A stretch of 32,000 bases of DNA from Candidatus Saccharimonadota bacterium (GTDB taxonomy: Bacteria; Patescibacteriota; Saccharimonadia; Saccharimonadales; Saccharimonadaceae), in assembly GCA_016700015.1 (NCBI GenBank), contig CP064995.1, forward strand, positions 90,001 to 122,000, read 5' to 3'. How positions within the stretch are numbered: position 1 is the stretch's first letter; each line of letters begins with the position of its first letter. The notes under the pieces are model-generated. The model was not told where the DNA came from. It ran no database searches and saw only the letters and a program-made list of their open reading frames with translations. Shown in pieces: positions 30,852 through 32,000 of the stretch. The position numbers were made by a program, and so were the translations under genes.

Positions 30852-32000
30852 CTAGTCGCCTTGCTTGCGTGGCTGTGCAAAGTAGACAGCGCCATAGGTG
30901 GCAATAGCCGCAATGAGTGCGACGAGCAGGCCGCTGCCAGTGCTACCGGTGTGGGGTAGTTCTACGGGTGTTGGCAGAATTGTTACAGGTGGTACGTAGC
31001 CGCCGCAGCCATTGGCAGCGCTGATGGTTTTTGATTCCTCAAATGACGGGACCGACCAGTAGAGGGAGCCCATTTCGGCATCGAAGTACCAGTATTCATA
31101 GGCGCGGATAGTGTAGGTACCGATTGCAAGAACGGTTGTACGACTTTCGAGTGGGGTTTCTTCACCACCATCTTTGCTAATGGTATACATATACTTCTCG
31201 CTATCGTAAATGACTGTAACTGACTGGGTTTGATCGAGACAGGTCGGAAGCTTCCAGGTAACGGTAGGCATCTCACAAGGCTCGGTAGACTCTTCAAATG
31301 TCCATGTAATCTCAGACGCTTGATCTTCTCCGAAACTATATCCTTCATCAGCAATCGCCGAAACAGTATAGCTGACAGTGCCGTCATCATGGTATGTTGT
31401 ATCGACGTATCCATAGTGGAAGTGGGCATTTGATGGGTCTTTAATAGTAGGAATTTCGATTGTATCGTTTGGTGCGAGTCCGCAGACTGGATTAATAGTC
31501 GGTGCTTCTGGCGCACAGAGAACTCTACTGTCGGGAGCGGTACCGTAGTTGTGGGTCGCCTTGCCATCAGTAAATAGGCTTCCATGAGCAGTTGCGATGA
31601 GCTCGCCGTTGACGATTTCCCAGGTAATTTCCGAAGAGTCTTGCGGCATAATCCAGCTGGCGTTATCTGCACCACATGGGTCGGTAACCTTAGGAGTTTG
31701 TGGAATGTCGATACACGAGAGAAGTGGTATTTCGTACGTCATGGAAGAAATGAGCGTATCGTTGACAATGCCACTACGATACAGTTTTACAACCACGGTC
31801 GAGCCCTGAAGAATACCACCTGCGGTTTCACCCATTTCATAGGTAGTAGTTTGGGCGCCAATCGTGACTGTGTAGTAGTAGCTGAAGCCGTCGTTTGGAT
31901 CACTGATCGTTACGCTGCCCGGCGTGCTACAAGATGGTTGCGTAAGGTTTGGCGCAGGGCAGGTAACTCCGCTATCTTCGGCAAGACCAAAGTCATGTTC
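30852..32000 (-). CDS. sortase-anchored surface protein (LPHTG), N-terminus beyond the window
   Basis: I translated the frame by hand to nt 32000 and it stays open upstream of the listed Met. The C-terminus is VELPHTGSTGSGLLVALIAAIATYGAVYFAQPRKQGD, a sorting signal plus TM helix plus basic tail. Confidence 0.8.
   Translation of the reverse strand, partial: EHDFGLAEDSGVTCPAPNLTQPSCSTPGSVTISDPNDGFSYYYTVTIGAQTTTYEMGETAGGILQGSTVVVKLYRSGIVNDTLISSMTYEIPLLSCIDIPQTPKVTDPCGADNASWIMPQDSSEITWEIVNGELIATAHGSLFTDGKATHNYGTAPDSRVLCAPEAPTINPVCGLAPNDTIEIPTIKDPSNAHFHYGYVDTTYHDDGTVSYTVSAIADEGYSFGEDQASEITWTFEESTEPCEMPTVTWKLPTCLDQTQSVTVIYDSEKYMYTISKDGGEETPLESRTTVLAIGTYTIRAYEYWYFDAEMGSLYWSVPSFEESKTISAANGCGGYVPPVTILPTPVELPHTGSTGSGLLVALIAAIATYGAVYFAQPRKQGD

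Noticed and set aside
1-32000. CRISPR arrays, rRNA genes, and IS elements or transposases.
   Set aside because: There are no regularly spaced direct repeats with unique spacers, no rRNA-like conserved blocks, and no transposase-like ORFs or terminal inverted repeats. The tandem repeats at 24112-24444 are in-frame coding repeats.

Overview
The backbone is low-GC and compact. It looks like a reduced-genome, Gram-positive-type bacterium, and my inference is Saccharibacteria/CPR, based on an HTH-MurA fusion, type IV pilin genes, LPxTG-type surface proteins and short intergenic regions.

Housekeeping genes: glyA, folD, murA (fused to an HTH domain), murB, an S58 peptidase, a HIT protein and a partial YpfJ-like Zn peptidase.

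RNA genes: seven intact tRNAs, namely Arg-TCT, His-GTG, Gly-TCC, Arg-CCG, Arg-TCG, Lys-CTT and Glu-TTC. A roughly 400-nt structured RNA is most likely RNase P RNA.

Envelope and surface genes: a five-gene pilin/pseudopilin cluster that includes a roughly 709-aa giant pilin-like protein, a 1013-aa SGNH-hydrolase surface protein, two LPHTG-anchored proteins, two TM2-domain proteins and a GH25-like secreted protein.

Signalling: a methyltransferase-like gene translationally coupled to a 7TM histidine kinase, with a divergent single-domain receiver.

Two things stand out. First, a family of roughly 87-nt structured RNA elements has four clear copies plus one divergent copy, all on the + strand. 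Helix-by-helix compensatory changes are visible by eye. Three copies sit inside loops of partial tRNA-Lys or tRNA-Glu copies that flank the intact tRNA genes. I could not match the element to any RNA family I know. Second, a roughly 3.7-kb strongly GC-rich island at about 25.6-29.3 kb carries three ORFan genes and no visible integrase. It abuts the tRNA-Glu locus and is best explained as foreign DNA, possibly from a high-GC host. All homology calls come from motif recognition by eye, and no searches were run.
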